Part shown: in pieces, positions 41,746 through 52,267 of the stretch | Numbering within the stretch: position 1 is the first letter of the stretch | How the letters are laid out: the number at the start of each line of letters is the position of its first letter | Assembly (NCBI GenBank): GCA_009885745.1 | Contig: VFKC01000026.1 | Span: 1-57,567 of the forward strand | DNA length: 57,567 nucleotides | Source of the DNA: Actinomycetota bacterium | GTDB lineage: Bacteria > Actinomycetota > Actinomycetes > S36-B12 > UBA5976 | Reading direction: 5' to 3' | Notes under the pieces: model-generated | What the model was told of the DNA's origin: nothing | The model's database searches: none | Seen by the model: the letters and a program-made list of their open reading frames with translations, nothing else | Program-made: the position numbers and the translations under genes

Positions 41746-42177
41746 CTAGGAAATTACAGATGATTTCGGGAGTAGTTCAATTACTGCCTTAACGAGGGCA
41801 CGTGGATCAATCGGGTGAGCGACTACCGCATCAGCCCTAGACCAAGAGGCAAGCCACCGATCATCGAGGCGACCTACGAGCACCAAGATTGGCGGACAGT
41901 TGTAAATCTCATCTTTAAGCTGTCGAGACACACCCATACCACCAGATGGGGTTGCTTCCCCGTCCAAGATAATTAGGTCAAACTTCGATTTATCAACAGC
42001 CGCAATAACAGCTGGCTGCGTAGCGCATTCGAATAACTCAACATCACTTATGTCGACTGAAGGCTTACGACCGAGCGAAGTCCTAACGCTTTGACGCACC
42101 GTTGAATCGTCACTGTAGACCAGTACTTTAAGGACGCGATCAGAATTCGACACAGGAAAGAGCGTAACTGATTCCAT
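41746..42177 (-). CDS. Stand-alone receiver-like domain protein, conserved next to ctaE in actinobacteria
   Basis: VLVYSDD, LIILDGEATPSGGMG, WLASWSRADA..HPIDP; no output domain; start uncertain. Confidence 0.75.
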   Translation of the reverse strand: MESVTLFPVSNSDRVLKVLVYSDDSTVRQSVRTSLGRKPSVDISDVELFECATQPAVIAAVDKSKFDLIILDGEATPSGGMGVSRQLKDEIYNCPPILVLVGRLDDRWLASWSRADAVVAHPIDPRALVKAVIELLPKSSVIS

Positions 42178-42282
42178 GTCAAATCTTTGCATCGCCTTGC
42201 ATGAATGTGTCATGTATCTCAATCAAATCAAAACACCCGTCCCAACCAATGCAGACACCTGAGTTTTCAGTAAACTTGACCT

Positions 42283-42879
42283 GTGACTACTGTGCCTGCA
42301 ATAAGAGTTCCTACCCAAGCCGAACGACCCAATATGGTGTCAGTTGGCACGATCGTTTGGCTTTCTAGCGAGTTGATGTTTTTCTCTGCTTTGTTCGCCA
42401 TGTATTTCACATTACGTTCAGTAAATCCAGATGTGTGGGCAGAGTCTGTCGAGATGCTGAACATCCCATTTGCTGCAACTAACACCACAATTTTGGTGCT
42501 TTCGAGTGTCACCTGCCAATTAGGTGTTTTCGCTGCCGAGCGTGGTGACGTAAAGAACCTTCGCAAGTGGTTCTCGATTACTTTCCTCATGGGCGCAGTT
42601 TTCGTTGGTGGTCAGGTTGCCGAATACGTGAGTTTGGTGCGCGAAGGTTTAACTCTTTCTTCATCCGCCTATGGCTCAGCCTTCTACTTAACCACTGGCT
42701 TCCACGGTTTGCATGTGACCGGCGGGCTTCTAGCCTTTCTATTCGTCATTGCCAGAACATACGCGAGCCGCAATTTCACCCATCAGCAAGCAACCTCGGC
42801 CATCGTGGTTTCTTACTATTGGCACTTCGTAGATGTTGTTTGGATTGGCCTTTTCGCCACCATCTACCTCATCAAATAA
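42283..42879 (+). CDS. ctaE: Cytochrome c oxidase subunit III
   Basis: [26 protein letters not shown]. Confidence 0.96.
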   Translation: MTTVPAIRVPTQAERPNMVSVGTIVWLSSELMFFSALFAMYFTLRSVNPDVWAESVEMLNIPFAATNTTILVLSSVTCQLGVFAAERGDVKNLRKWFSITFLMGAVFVGGQVAEYVSLVREGLTLSSSAYGSAFYLTTGFHGLHVTGGLLAFLFVIARTYASRNFTHQQATSAIVVSYYWHFVDVVWIGLFATIYLIK

Positions 42880-42912
42880 TTTTTATCCAAAACAAATGAC
42901 AAAGGAACAAAA

Positions 42913-43689
42913 GTGGCAATAAGTCGTAGACATCCAGCAGCTCTATTGGCTGTGCTGGTGGTTGCACTTGGTACAACAGGCGCTGCATACGCAGCAGTGG
43001 CCGCTGGCACAGCGCCAAAGGTAAGCGCGCCTTCAGCAACGCAGGTAACTGCTGGCAAGCAATTGTTTCTCGAAGGTTGCTCTTCTTGTCACGGATTAGC
43101 CGCGCAGGGGTCTACTGATGCACCTTCACTTATTGGAGTTGGTGCTGCTGCTGTTGACTTCAATGTAGCAACCGGTCGTATGCCTATGGCTGGTCCTGGA
43201 ATTCAAGCGCCAGTAAAGAAAGTCGTTTATAGTCCCGCTGAAATTGCCGCGCTAGCCGCATACATCGCAAGCCTTGGACCTGGTCCGCAGATTCCAACAG
43301 TTGAAGACGTGTCTACCGCAGATGCCGACCTAGCGCTTGGCGGCGAACTATTTCGCACTAACTGTGCCCAATGTCATAGCTTTTCCGGCCGAGGTGGCGC
43401 ACTTTCAGAGGGTCGTTGGGCGCCTAGTTTGATGAAATCCTCAGCAAAGCACATCTATGAGGCAATGCTCAGCGGGCCACAGTCCATGCCAGTGTTTAGC
43501 GACAACACAATGCGCCCAACAGATAAGCGCGATATCATTCGGTACATTGAAGAATTGCAGAAGCAAGAAGACCCGGGCGGTTACGGACTTGGTCGTCTTG
43601 GGACTGTTACAGAAGGTCTGTTTATCTGGGTTATTGGCCTGGGTGCACTACTTGGTATTGCAGTTTGGATTGGAGCCAAATCACGATGA
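42913..43689 (+). CDS. qcrC: Cytochrome bc1 (bcc) diheme cytochrome c subunit
   Basis: Two CxxCH motifs (CSSCH, CAQCH); TM anchors. Confidence 0.96.
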   Translation: MAISRRHPAALLAVLVVALGTTGAAYAAVAAGTAPKVSAPSATQVTAGKQLFLEGCSSCHGLAAQGSTDAPSLIGVGAAAVDFNVATGRMPMAGPGIQAPVKKVVYSPAEIAALAAYIASLGPGPQIPTVEDVSTADADLALGGELFRTNCAQCHSFSGRGGALSEGRWAPSLMKSSAKHIYEAMLSGPQSMPVFSDNTMRPTDKRDIIRYIEELQKQEDPGGYGLGRLGTVTEGLFIWVIGLGALLGIAVWIGAKSR

Positions 43690-44729
43690 ATGAAATTGAA
43701 TTAAGTTCAAGTGATCCAATTGGCGCCCGCGATGGCAAAGATGTGGTTTCTGGAGTTCCAGTACTTCCGCTGCCCGCGCACACTCCAAGGCGGGCTGATA
43801 TCGATCCGATAGCCGCCAAGCGAGCAGAGCGTCAAGTCGCGTTGATGTTTGCAAGTTCAATTGCGCTACTAATTGCTTTTACAGTTGCATATATCAAGGT
43901 ACCCAACACTTCGCTCGTTGCAATCCCAGTACTCGGTACAGTCGGGACTAACCATGTGCTTCTCGGGCTCACTCTTGGCTTAGCTTTGTTTCTTATTGGA
44001 ACCGGGGCAATCCATTGGGCTAAGAAACTAATGCCAGATGTCGAAGTAACCCAAGAACGTCACTCGCTATCCTCTTCCGCTGCCGAACGCGCTGAAGTAG
44101 TTGAAATCTTCAATCGCGGAGCGGCAGAATCAGGATTTGGTGAACACAAATTAATCAGACGTACGCTTTTGGGAGCGTTGGCTTTACTACCGATTCCCTT
44201 GGTTGTGCTTTTGCGCGACTTAGGACCAATGCCAAAGACTCTTCTGCGCAACACGATATGGAAGAAAAATGTACATCTGGTTACAGATGCGACTTACCAA
44301 AAGATTAAAGCCTCAGACATACCTGTCGGTGGTTTGATCAATGCTGTGCCTGAAAACTTACTTGAAATCGAAGAAAGTGAAGGCAATCTAAATCAGCGAG
44401 GAAAAGCCTCAATCATTTTGGTGCGAATGGATCCAGCCGAGATAATTGCTCAACAGGGCGAAAATTGGGATTACGAGGGAATCTTGGCTTTTTCTAAGAT
44501 CTGCACGCACGTCGGTTGCCCAATTTCCCTTTACCAACAGCGCACGCATCACCTTTTGTGCCCATGCCATCAATCGACATTTGACCTGGCCAACAAGGGT
44601 AATGTGATTTTTGGTCCTGCTGCCAGGCGGATGCCGCAACTTGCAATTACAGTAGATAACGAGGGTTACTTGATTGCTCGTGGCGATTTTAAAGAACCAG
44701 TTGGACCAAGTTTCTGGGAGCGCGGATGA
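43686..44729 (+). CDS. qcrA: Rieske iron-sulfur subunit
   Basis: CTHVGC and CPCHQS; 3 TM with internal RRTLL Tat motif; ATGA overlap with qcrC. Confidence 0.97.
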   Translation: MNEIELSSSDPIGARDGKDVVSGVPVLPLPAHTPRRADIDPIAAKRAERQVALMFASSIALLIAFTVAYIKVPNTSLVAIPVLGTVGTNHVLLGLTLGLALFLIGTGAIHWAKKLMPDVEVTQERHSLSSSAAERAEVVEIFNRGAAESGFGEHKLIRRTLLGALALLPIPLVVLLRDLGPMPKTLLRNTIWKKNVHLVTDATYQKIKASDIPVGGLINAVPENLLEIEESEGNLNQRGKASIILVRMDPAEIIAQQGENWDYEGILAFSKICTHVGCPISLYQQRTHHLLCPCHQSTFDLANKGNVIFGPAARRMPQLAITVDNEGYLIARGDFKEPVGPSFWERG

Positions 44730-46393
44730 GCGACACACAACAAAAGGCATCAGAGAACGTAGTCATTAGCAAAGTAGGTGTTGCCGCAGGTTACGTTGAC
44801 GACCGTCTTGCTTCGGCCAATTTCACTAAGCGCCTGTTAGACAAGGTTTTTCCTGACCACTGGTCATTCATGCTGGGCGAGATTGCCCTATACAGCTTTA
44901 TTATTCTGCTGCTTTCGGGTACGTACTTAACGCTTTGGTTCAACCCATCAATGACCGAAGTTATTTATAACGGCTCATACTTGCCACTTAAAGGTGTCAA
45001 GATGTCCGAGGCCTATAGTTCAGCACTTAATATCTCCTTTGATGTTCGCGGCGGAATGCTTATGCGCCAAATCCACCACTGGGCAGCACTATTCTTCGTT
45101 GCCGCAGTAACCGTCCACCTACTTCGAGTATTTTTCACTGGAGCGTTCCGCAAGCCCCGCGAACTGAACTGGTTAATTGGCACGGGACTACTCACCTTGG
45201 CAATTCTCGAGGGATTCGCTGGATACTCACTACCTGATGATCTTCTTTCCGGCACTGGATTGCGCATTGCTCAGGGAATCATCCAAGCAATTCCACTTGT
45301 TGGCACCTATGTTGCCATGTTCGTATTCGGTGGCGAATTCCCAGGCACAGACTTTATTCCACGTCTTTATTCCGTACACATTTTGTTGATTCCAGGCATT
45401 TTGCTCGGTCTGATAACCGTTCACCTCATCATGGTTTTCTACCAGAAGCACACTCAGTTTGCTGGTCCTGGTCGCACCGAAAGTAACGTAGTTGGTTACC
45501 GTCTCTACCCGGTCTACATGGCTAAAGCTGGCGGATTCTTCTTCATCGTGTTCGGTGTTACCTCATTGATTGCTGGGCTTGTCACAATTAACCCAATCTG
45601 GCTTTACGGCCCATACACTCCATCCCAAATCACCGCAGGTTCACAGCCAGACTGGTACATCGGCTGGCTTGATGGGGCTGTTAGGTTGACACCAAATATC
45701 GAGTGGAACATCCTGAGCCACACGATTAGTTGGAACTTGTTAATTCCTGCATTAATTATTCCTGGAATCATGTTCACCCTCCTCGGGGTCTACCCTTGGA
45801 TTGAAGCTTGGGTTACTGGTGACAAGCGTGAACATCACATTCTAGATCGCCCACGAAATGCTCCAACACGTACTGCTCTTGGGGTAATGGCATTGAGTTT
45901 CTACTTAATACTGTGGATTGCTGGCGGTAATGACATCATGGCCACAGCATTCAACCTTTCAATCAATACGGTGATTTGGACCTTACGGTTTGCGCTATTT
46001 GCTGTTCCTCCCTTGGCTTTTGTGCTGACAAAGCGCATTTGCCTAGGTCTACAACGCAGAGATAAAGAAAAGTTGCTCCATGGCTACGAAACCGGGCGGG
46101 TGTTACGCCTACCGCATGGTGAGTTCATCGAAATTCACGAACCCGTTTCATTTGAGGAACGTGCGGTATTGCTTTCTAAAGTTGATGTGCCTGCTTTGGA
46201 AATTACCAGTGGTGAAGATGAGCATGGGGTACGGAATCCAAAGGGTCGTAAAGCCAAGATTCAGGCCAAACTTTCCGGCTGGTTCTACACTGAAAATGTC
46301 TCTGCACCGACTGAGGAAGAACTAGCAGAAGCTGATGAACATTTCGCTCATCAGTTGGGTGCCCATGAGCGCACTGCAATTGATAGTCACTAA
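44726..46393 (+). CDS. qcrB: Cytochrome b subunit of bcc complex
   Basis: FPDHWSF, RQIHHWAA, GYSLPDDLLSG, QPDWY. Confidence 0.98.
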   Translation: MSDTQQKASENVVISKVGVAAGYVDDRLASANFTKRLLDKVFPDHWSFMLGEIALYSFIILLLSGTYLTLWFNPSMTEVIYNGSYLPLKGVKMSEAYSSALNISFDVRGGMLMRQIHHWAALFFVAAVTVHLLRVFFTGAFRKPRELNWLIGTGLLTLAILEGFAGYSLPDDLLSGTGLRIAQGIIQAIPLVGTYVAMFVFGGEFPGTDFIPRLYSVHILLIPGILLGLITVHLIMVFYQKHTQFAGPGRTESNVVGYRLYPVYMAKAGGFFFIVFGVTSLIAGLVTINPIWLYGPYTPSQITAGSQPDWYIGWLDGAVRLTPNIEWNILSHTISWNLLIPALIIPGIMFTLLGVYPWIEAWVTGDKREHHILDRPRNAPTRTALGVMALSFYLILWIAGGNDIMATAFNLSINTVIWTLRFALFAVPPLAFVLTKRICLGLQRRDKEKLLHGYETGRVLRLPHGEFIEIHEPVSFEERAVLLSKVDVPALEITSGEDEHGVRNPKGRKAKIQAKLSGWFYTENVSAPTEEELAEADEHFAHQLGAHERTAIDSH

Positions 46394-46405
46394 GACCTAA
46401 TTTAG

Positions 46406-46441
46406 AAACAGGGCAATCCATTTTTGGGTTGTCCTGTTTTT
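46406..46441. terminator. Intrinsic (possibly bidirectional) terminator between qcrB and gatD
   Basis: aaacagggcaatcca-tttt-tgggttgtcctgttt stem with T-run. Confidence 0.75.
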
Positions 46442-46453
46442 ACGTTTGTAAAA

Positions 46454-47188
46454 CTAATTATTTGGCCAGAGCGTAGCCCGGCGCTCTGATGCAAGCGCTT
46501 GAGCAAACTCATCGTGATACGTGGCTAGCGTACCTAAAGCACTCGTGAGGATTTGATCAGCCAGCGATGGATTTCTAGCTAGAACGGGACCATGCATATA
46601 GGTTCCATACACATTCCCCATTTGTACTCCTTCATCGATCTGTCCGGAATCATTAGCAAATCCATTACCAAATCCACGCAAGACAATTCCCAGTGGACTT
46701 ACCCCTTCACCTAATTTTGTGCGGCCCTGATGATTCTCAAAACCCGTGAAAATGCTTTGGTTACCTTCTAAATCCAATGGACCAGCAATAACTAGCTCAC
46801 CAACGCATCGTTCTTGCTCTGTGTAAATGGTTGTCACATCTACAATCTCAAGTCCCTTAACGTCTTGACCTGCACTATTTGGTAAGGCTGTGCCAATTAG
46901 TTGAAAGCCTGCGCAAACAGCTAACAGTGAAGCTCCTTTGGAAACTGCCCTAGTCAAACCACCATCAGCAAGCAACATTTCAAGCGCAATGGACTGCGGA
47001 CCATCTTCGCCACCACCGAGTAGATAGATGTCGCCCGAGTCTGGTACAGATTCGCCAGGGGCAACTTCGTGAAGCTCAACATCAAATTCGCGAGCTCTAG
47101 CCCGATGAATCAAGATTTCCGCATTTCCCTGATCACCATAGGTTCCAAGCAGGTCGTGGTAAAGCCTAACAATCTGCAATTTACTCAT
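46454..47188 (-). CDS. gatD: Lipid II isoglutaminyl synthase glutaminase subunit (CobQ-like GATase)
   Basis: YGDQGN, GGGED, AVCAGFQL, FENHQG, YMHGPVLARNP; overlaps murT. Confidence 0.9.
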   Translation of the reverse strand: MSKLQIVRLYHDLLGTYGDQGNAEILIHRARAREFDVELHEVAPGESVPDSGDIYLLGGGEDGPQSIALEMLLADGGLTRAVSKGASLLAVCAGFQLIGTALPNSAGQDVKGLEIVDVTTIYTEQERCVGELVIAGPLDLEGNQSIFTGFENHQGRTKLGEGVSPLGIVLRGFGNGFANDSGQIDEGVQMGNVYGTYMHGPVLARNPSLADQILTSALGTLATYHDEFAQALASERRATLWPNN

Positions 47189-48381
47189 TGTTGCCCACCA
47201 GTAACGGCCCTAGACAACCCAAGAGAATTAGCGGCAAGATCTTGGAAAGCGGTATAACTGGCAATCGCTTCAATTTGTTCGCAGGTAAACATTTCAACTG
47301 CTTTGACGAATGACTCGGCAATAGCGACGTCAATACCAGCCACACTGAGACGATAAGCAACATCTAGTCGCCTGTCTCCTGTGCAGATAACTTTTGTTGA
47401 TTTGAGTGAACCATAATCGATATCCCAAAGCCAAGAGGTGTCCAGCCCGTCGATTCCTTTTGCATTCACCGACAGGATAATCTGACTTGCACTTAGCTGA
47501 CTTAGCGACTCTCGCCAACTCTCTGGATTCTTGGCCAATCTAGTTGGTATCTTTCGATCAGCGACATTAAATTCGCTGACTCTATCTGGAGCATTCGAGG
47601 TCAATTCCTCTTGCAAATCAACCGGAACAACTGCGCCCATAAGCCTTGCTGCTTCTATGGCTAGCACCGAATTTCTTCCTGGCCCTCGCAGTCTTTGATC
47701 TGCGCGGACTTGTGGCAGTTCACTGCCTAGTCCACATTCGCACTTGTAATCTCCTGCTGACCAATCAAGCAAAGCTGAACACGATGGACAAGTCGCTGCA
47801 TCAGGATGCTTGCGACCGCCAAAAGTTATGCGCAGAACATGTCCTGCATGCGCCGCCGCGAATTCTAAGAAAGGATCGTCCCTATCTATCACTAATGTCA
47901 CATCATCTTGCGTGAATGTCTTATTCCAGAGGTTAGCAACCTTGCGCACCTCACCTGTTCGATGCAATTGATCTCGTGACAAGTTCAGTAAAACGATCAC
48001 TTTAGGCTTTAGCGCCTGATACATAAATGGCAGATACAGTTCGTCACATTCGAGTACTACGTAGCGATTTCGTGGTTTAGTGGCGAGCGCAGTAGCAATG
48101 CCTGAATGCATGTTCGCGCCAAAGGTACTCGTGCTAACAAGTTCATCAGTTCCGAGCGCAAGGATGTTCGCTAGATGAGTTGTAGTGGTTGTTTTACCGT
48201 TGGTCCCGCTTACGAGAACTATGTCCCGACCAGCTGCAAGTTTCTCTAAGGCTGATGGATAGACCTTGAGCAAAACACGTCCATGAATACTCTCTCCCCG
48301 GCCACGACCTAGCGCCCTAGATAACAAGCCGACAAAATAGCCAGCTCGACTCGCAAGACCTAGTCGCAGATTGCCAATCAT
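47185..48381 (-). CDS. murT: Lipid II isoglutaminyl synthase ligase subunit (Mur ligase + DUF1727)
   Basis: SGTNGKTTT, LNLSRDQL.R.GE, CPSC...CECG Zn finger, LAKNP, DTSWLWD. Confidence 0.9.
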   Translation of the reverse strand: MIGNLRLGLASRAGYFVGLLSRALGRGRGESIHGRVLLKVYPSALEKLAAGRDIVLVSGTNGKTTTTTHLANILALGTDELVSTSTFGANMHSGIATALATKPRNRYVVLECDELYLPFMYQALKPKVIVLLNLSRDQLHRTGEVRKVANLWNKTFTQDDVTLVIDRDDPFLEFAAAHAGHVLRITFGGRKHPDAATCPSCSALLDWSAGDYKCECGLGSELPQVRADQRLRGPGRNSVLAIEAARLMGAVVPVDLQEELTSNAPDRVSEFNVADRKIPTRLAKNPESWRESLSQLSASQIILSVNAKGIDGLDTSWLWDIDYGSLKSTKVICTGDRRLDVAYRLSVAGIDVAIAESFVKAVEMFTCEQIEAIASYTAFQDLAANSLGLSRAVTGGQQ

Positions 48382-48394
48382 TTATGAGTTAAAA

Positions 48395-48790
48395 CTAATC
48401 TGCGAATTCGCCACGGAAATACTCAAAAAGCAATCCGAATGTAGCAAACAGAATGAGCATAATACCTAGTGCAGCTAGCCAACTTGCAAAGACGAATCCC
48501 AAAACAAATGTGAATGTAGAAAGTCCAATGATGAAAGGCCACCAAGAATGCGGAGAAAAGAATCCATAATTTGAATCCGCATCACTGATCAACGCAATTG
48601 AATTATCTTCAGGCAAGTCACCAACACGCTTAGATGTGAAAAGCACATAGAAGCCAATCAGGAAAGCCAAACCACCTGTTAAGGCAAGCGCAGTTGTTCC
48701 AACAACCTCACCAGTCATGAACCAGTAGATTGCAGTAATCAGTAGGAAAAATGCGCTACCAAAAGCAAATAAAAGACCGCCAACCTTCAT
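48395..48790 (-). CDS. ctaF: Cytochrome c oxidase subunit IV
   Basis: PED...GFFSPHSWWP...FEY motif; follows ctaD. Confidence 0.93.
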   Translation of the reverse strand: MKVGGLLFAFGSAFFLLITAIYWFMTGEVVGTTALALTGGLAFLIGFYVLFTSKRVGDLPEDNSIALISDADSNYGFFSPHSWWPFIIGLSTFTFVLGFVFASWLAALGIMLILFATFGLLFEYFRGEFAD

Positions 48791-48792
48791 AG

Positions 48793-50514
48793 TTATAGTC
48801 CTTTCAAATCAGGGCCACCGACAAGGTCGTCGAAAATGTTCTGTCGTTTGGGTAAATCGATACCTTCTGCCTCTGGGTGATGCAAATCAAATGCAGGTCG
48901 CTCACTACGAATCCGAGGGATTGAAGTGAAGTTGTGTCGCGGCGGTGGGCATGAAGTTGCCCACTCAAGAGATGCACCCCAACCCCATGGATCATCGCAA
49001 TTAACCATCGGGGCATGCTTATGTGTCTTGTATATGTTCCAAAAGAATACAAAAGTTGAAGCACCCAAGACAATTGAGCCGATTGTAGATAATTCATTTA
49101 ATCCAGTGAAGCCATCGCTGGCCAAATAATCTGCATAACGACGCGGCATACCTTCAATTCCAAGCCAGTGCTGAACTAGGAAAGTGATGTGGAAGCCAAA
49201 AAATACCAGCCAGAAATGTAATTTACCGAGGCGCTCATCAAGCATCTTGCCAGTGAATTTTGGCCACCAGAAATAAAAGCCAGCGAACATGGCAAACACC
49301 ACGGTGCCAAAAATTACGTAGTGAAAGTGTGCTACCACAAAGTAGGAATCACTCACATGAAAATCCAGCGGCGGTGATGCCAATATAATTCCGGTTAACC
49401 CGCCGAAAAGGAAAGTTGCTAGAAAGCCGATTGTCCAAAGCATAGGCGTTTCAAACGAAACTGAGCCTCCCCACATTGTGCCAATCCAGTTGAAAAACTT
49501 AACACCAGTGGGTACTGCAATGAGCATGGTCATGAACGAGAAGAAAGGTAAGTTCACCGCGCCTGTGACGTACATATGGTGAGCCCAAACTGACACCGAA
49601 AGCCCAGCAATGGCAATGGTCGCAAAGACAATACCCTTGTACCCAAAGATTGGCTTGCGGCTAAATACTGGCAAAATTTCGGTAGCGATACCAAAGAATG
49701 GTAGCGCCAAAATATAGACCTCTGGATGACCAAAGAACCAGAACAAATGTTGCCAGAGCAATGCGCCACCATTAGCGGCATCAAAGACCTGCGAGCCAAA
49801 CTTTCTATCTACTTCAAGCATTAACATCGCTGCAGCCAAGACAGGAAATGCCATAAGAACAAGGACGCTAGTTAAAAGCACATTCCAGGTAAATACTGGC
49901 ATTCGGAACATGGTCATTCCAGGGGCACGCATTGTGAAAATTGTGGTGATGAAGTTAACCGCACCCAAGATACTGGCCATGCCACTCATGGTTAGACCCA
50001 TAATCCAAAGATCAGATCCGATGTTTGGCGAGTTAACAACATTCGATAACGGTGAATAAGCAAACCAGCCAAAAGCTGCGGCCCCACCAGGGGTGATGAA
50101 ACCCAACATGACGACAATTCCGCCAAATAGGTAAAGCCAGTAACTAATCATGTTTAGTCGCGGGAATGACACATCAGGCGCACCAATTTGCAAAGGCATA
50201 ATGGCATTTGCAAAACCAGCAAATAGTGCTGTTGCAAAGAGGAACAACATCAACGTGCCATGCATCGTAAAGAGCTGGTTGTATTGCTCATTGCTGATGA
50301 ATTGCATCCCAGGGCGACCAAGTTCAGCACGCATAATCAGCGCCATCGCACCAGCGATAATGAAAAAGCTAAAAGACGTCACCATGTATAAATTGCCGAT
50401 GACTTTGTGATCAGTTGAGGTCATCCACTTGATAACTTGTCTACCTTTGGAAAGTTTCGGTTTTCCGACAAATTCACGCTGCTCTTGTGCAATCGGCTTA
50501 TCAATAATCGTCAT
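48793..50514 (-). CDS. ctaD: Cytochrome c oxidase subunit I (aa3)
   Basis: [32 protein letters not shown]. Confidence 0.98.
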   Translation of the reverse strand: MTIIDKPIAQEQREFVGKPKLSKGRQVIKWMTSTDHKVIGNLYMVTSFSFFIIAGAMALIMRAELGRPGMQFISNEQYNQLFTMHGTLMLFLFATALFAGFANAIMPLQIGAPDVSFPRLNMISYWLYLFGGIVVMLGFITPGGAAAFGWFAYSPLSNVVNSPNIGSDLWIMGLTMSGMASILGAVNFITTIFTMRAPGMTMFRMPVFTWNVLLTSVLVLMAFPVLAAAMLMLEVDRKFGSQVFDAANGGALLWQHLFWFFGHPEVYILALPFFGIATEILPVFSRKPIFGYKGIVFATIAIAGLSVSVWAHHMYVTGAVNLPFFSFMTMLIAVPTGVKFFNWIGTMWGGSVSFETPMLWTIGFLATFLFGGLTGIILASPPLDFHVSDSYFVVAHFHYVIFGTVVFAMFAGFYFWWPKFTGKMLDERLGKLHFWLVFFGFHITFLVQHWLGIEGMPRRYADYLASDGFTGLNELSTIGSIVLGASTFVFFWNIYKTHKHAPMVNCDDPWGWGASLEWATSCPPPRHNFTSIPRIRSERPAFDLHHPEAEGIDLPKRQNIFDDLVGGPDLKGL

Positions 50515-50516
50515 AA

Positions 50517-51314
50517 TTACTCTCCTGCTACTTTCGCGCGACCGCTATCAAGTGAACCTTGCTGACCTTTGGCTTTGAGTTCAGCAATATGCAGATCGTA
50601 GTCAGCGCGAGAAACAACCTTCACATTGAATAGCATCCGCGAGTGATCGACACCACATAACTCAGCACATTTCCCAACAAAAGTGCCCAACTTGTTAGGA
50701 GTGACCTCAAATGCATTACGACGACCAGGCACGATATCCATCTTCATCAAGAAAGCTGGTACCCAAAATGAATGAATGACATCAGGAGACGTCAGAACAA
50801 ATTTCACTTTTTCGTCTACAGGTAGCCAGAGAGTTGGACGTTCTCCAGGCGTCCCGACATCGTAGGCTTTCTCTTCCTCGTAATTGAAGGCCCATGACCA
50901 ACGCCAACCAACAACATTTACGCTATGTGTTTGCTCGTTGGAGATTTTGGTCAAAATTGTTTGATCGCGCTGGGTGAAATAAAACAGAACCAGAATCATT
51001 AGAAGTGGGGCTACGGTATACAGGATTTCAATGGGGACACTGTAGCGAATCTGAGAAGGCAACGGATCGCCCTCGCGCCTACGGTAGGCAACGATAGCCC
51101 AGATTAAGAGTCCCCAGACGAATACGCCAACAACCATGGCGGCTAGCCATGATCCCTGCCACAGGGAAAGGATTCTAGGGCCTTCTTCTGTGGCTGGGGC
51201 TGGCATACCTAACCGGCCATATTCTGAATCATTTGAGCAACCAGCAAGTAATGCAACGGTCACGAAAGTCATCGACAGCGTCGCTGTTCGCTTGTGAGGA
51301 GCATTAGATTTCAC
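50517..51314 (-). CDS. ctaC: Cytochrome c oxidase subunit II (lipoprotein)
   Basis: Lipobox LLAGC; DVIHSFWVP; [12 protein letters not shown] CuA motif; start estimated at GTG 51314. Confidence 0.95.
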   Translation of the reverse strand: MKSNAPHKRTATLSMTFVTVALLAGCSNDSEYGRLGMPAPATEEGPRILSLWQGSWLAAMVVGVFVWGLLIWAIVAYRRREGDPLPSQIRYSVPIEILYTVAPLLMILVLFYFTQRDQTILTKISNEQTHSVNVVGWRWSWAFNYEEEKAYDVGTPGERPTLWLPVDEKVKFVLTSPDVIHSFWVPAFLMKMDIVPGRRNAFEVTPNKLGTFVGKCAELCGVDHSRMLFNVKVVSRADYDLHIAELKAKGQQGSLDSGRAKVAGE

Positions 51315-51473
51315 GTAGCGTTCATCCTTAATATTTTTCAATCCAGCAAGGGTCAATGATCGACATTACTGGGGCTTTTCTCCCTTTAAGACTACTGTAA
51401 AAGATGATGATGTGACCTGTCAGGGCGCGCGAAGGAGATTAGATTTACCTCAATGTGATGCAGAACACAACGG

Positions 51474-52250
51474 CTAAAGATAACGTTTACGCTGGATGGT
51501 CAGATTACTGGCAGCAAATGCGCTTGGGAAATCTTGCAGACTTTCTACTAGGTCACAGTAATCATTTCTCGCAATTTCTACTGCGCCCAAACTTTCCAGA
51601 TGTGTTGTCATCCATTGCGTATCGATCACACGACCTGATCCAAAACTCATAATTTGAGCCAAATGCACTAGAGCTGCCTTGGATGCATCCCGCTGGGTAT
51701 GGAACATTGATTCCCCCGCAAAAACTCCGCCAACTTCAACTCCATAAAGCCCGCCAACCAAATCCCCCTCGAGATTTCTAACCTCTATTGAGTGAGCGAG
51801 GCCTTGGCGATGCAACTGCGTAAAACTTTCAATCACTTGCTCATTGATCCATCCCGAAGGTCGGTCTGGATTTGCACATGCCCTCATTACGCCTGTGAAA
51901 TCTTTATCAACACTAAATGAAAAATTCTTCATTGACTTACGCAAGGATCGGCTGGCAATAACGGTTTCTGGAATGAAAATTGCTCGTGGTTGCGGCGACC
52001 ACCAACCGATTGTGAAAGTTCCACCATCTATCTCGAAAGGCATAGGAAACATTCCCCGTTGGTATGCGGCAATTAGCACTTCGCTGTTCCATTTGCTGCC
52101 AAACCTGGTCAATACGGGCCACTGCGGCATTGGATCACTAGTTAATTCATGTCCTGAACTGTCCACATAGCCAAGAGCAATTAAGTCAAAATCCTCGGGT
52201 GCCAGCCTAGGATCAGGCAGATCAATTGAGCCACTTGATGAATCAGCCAT
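51474..52250 (-). CDS. aat: Leucyl/phenylalanyl-tRNA--protein transferase
   Basis: AYQRGMFP, WWSPQPR, AHSIEV, GGLYG, F.GESMF, DASKAAL, DTQW.T.HLESLGA. Confidence 0.93.
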   Translation of the reverse strand: MADSSSGSIDLPDPRLAPEDFDLIALGYVDSSGHELTSDPMPQWPVLTRFGSKWNSEVLIAAYQRGMFPMPFEIDGGTFTIGWWSPQPRAIFIPETVIASRSLRKSMKNFSFSVDKDFTGVMRACANPDRPSGWINEQVIESFTQLHRQGLAHSIEVRNLEGDLVGGLYGVEVGGVFAGESMFHTQRDASKAALVHLAQIMSFGSGRVIDTQWMTTHLESLGAVEIARNDYCDLVESLQDFPSAFAASNLTIQRKRYL

Positions 52251-52267
52251 CCAGATTGCCTATCAAA

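Noticed and set aside
46454-47188. CobQ-like annotation suggesting B12 synthesis near the riboswitch
   Set aside because: Coupled to a DUF1727 Mur ligase, so it is GatD rather than cobyric acid synthase.
51357-51473. Intergenic region upstream of ctaC as a possible sRNA or riboswitch
   Set aside because: No recognisable aptamer or strong stem; probably promoter and UTR only.
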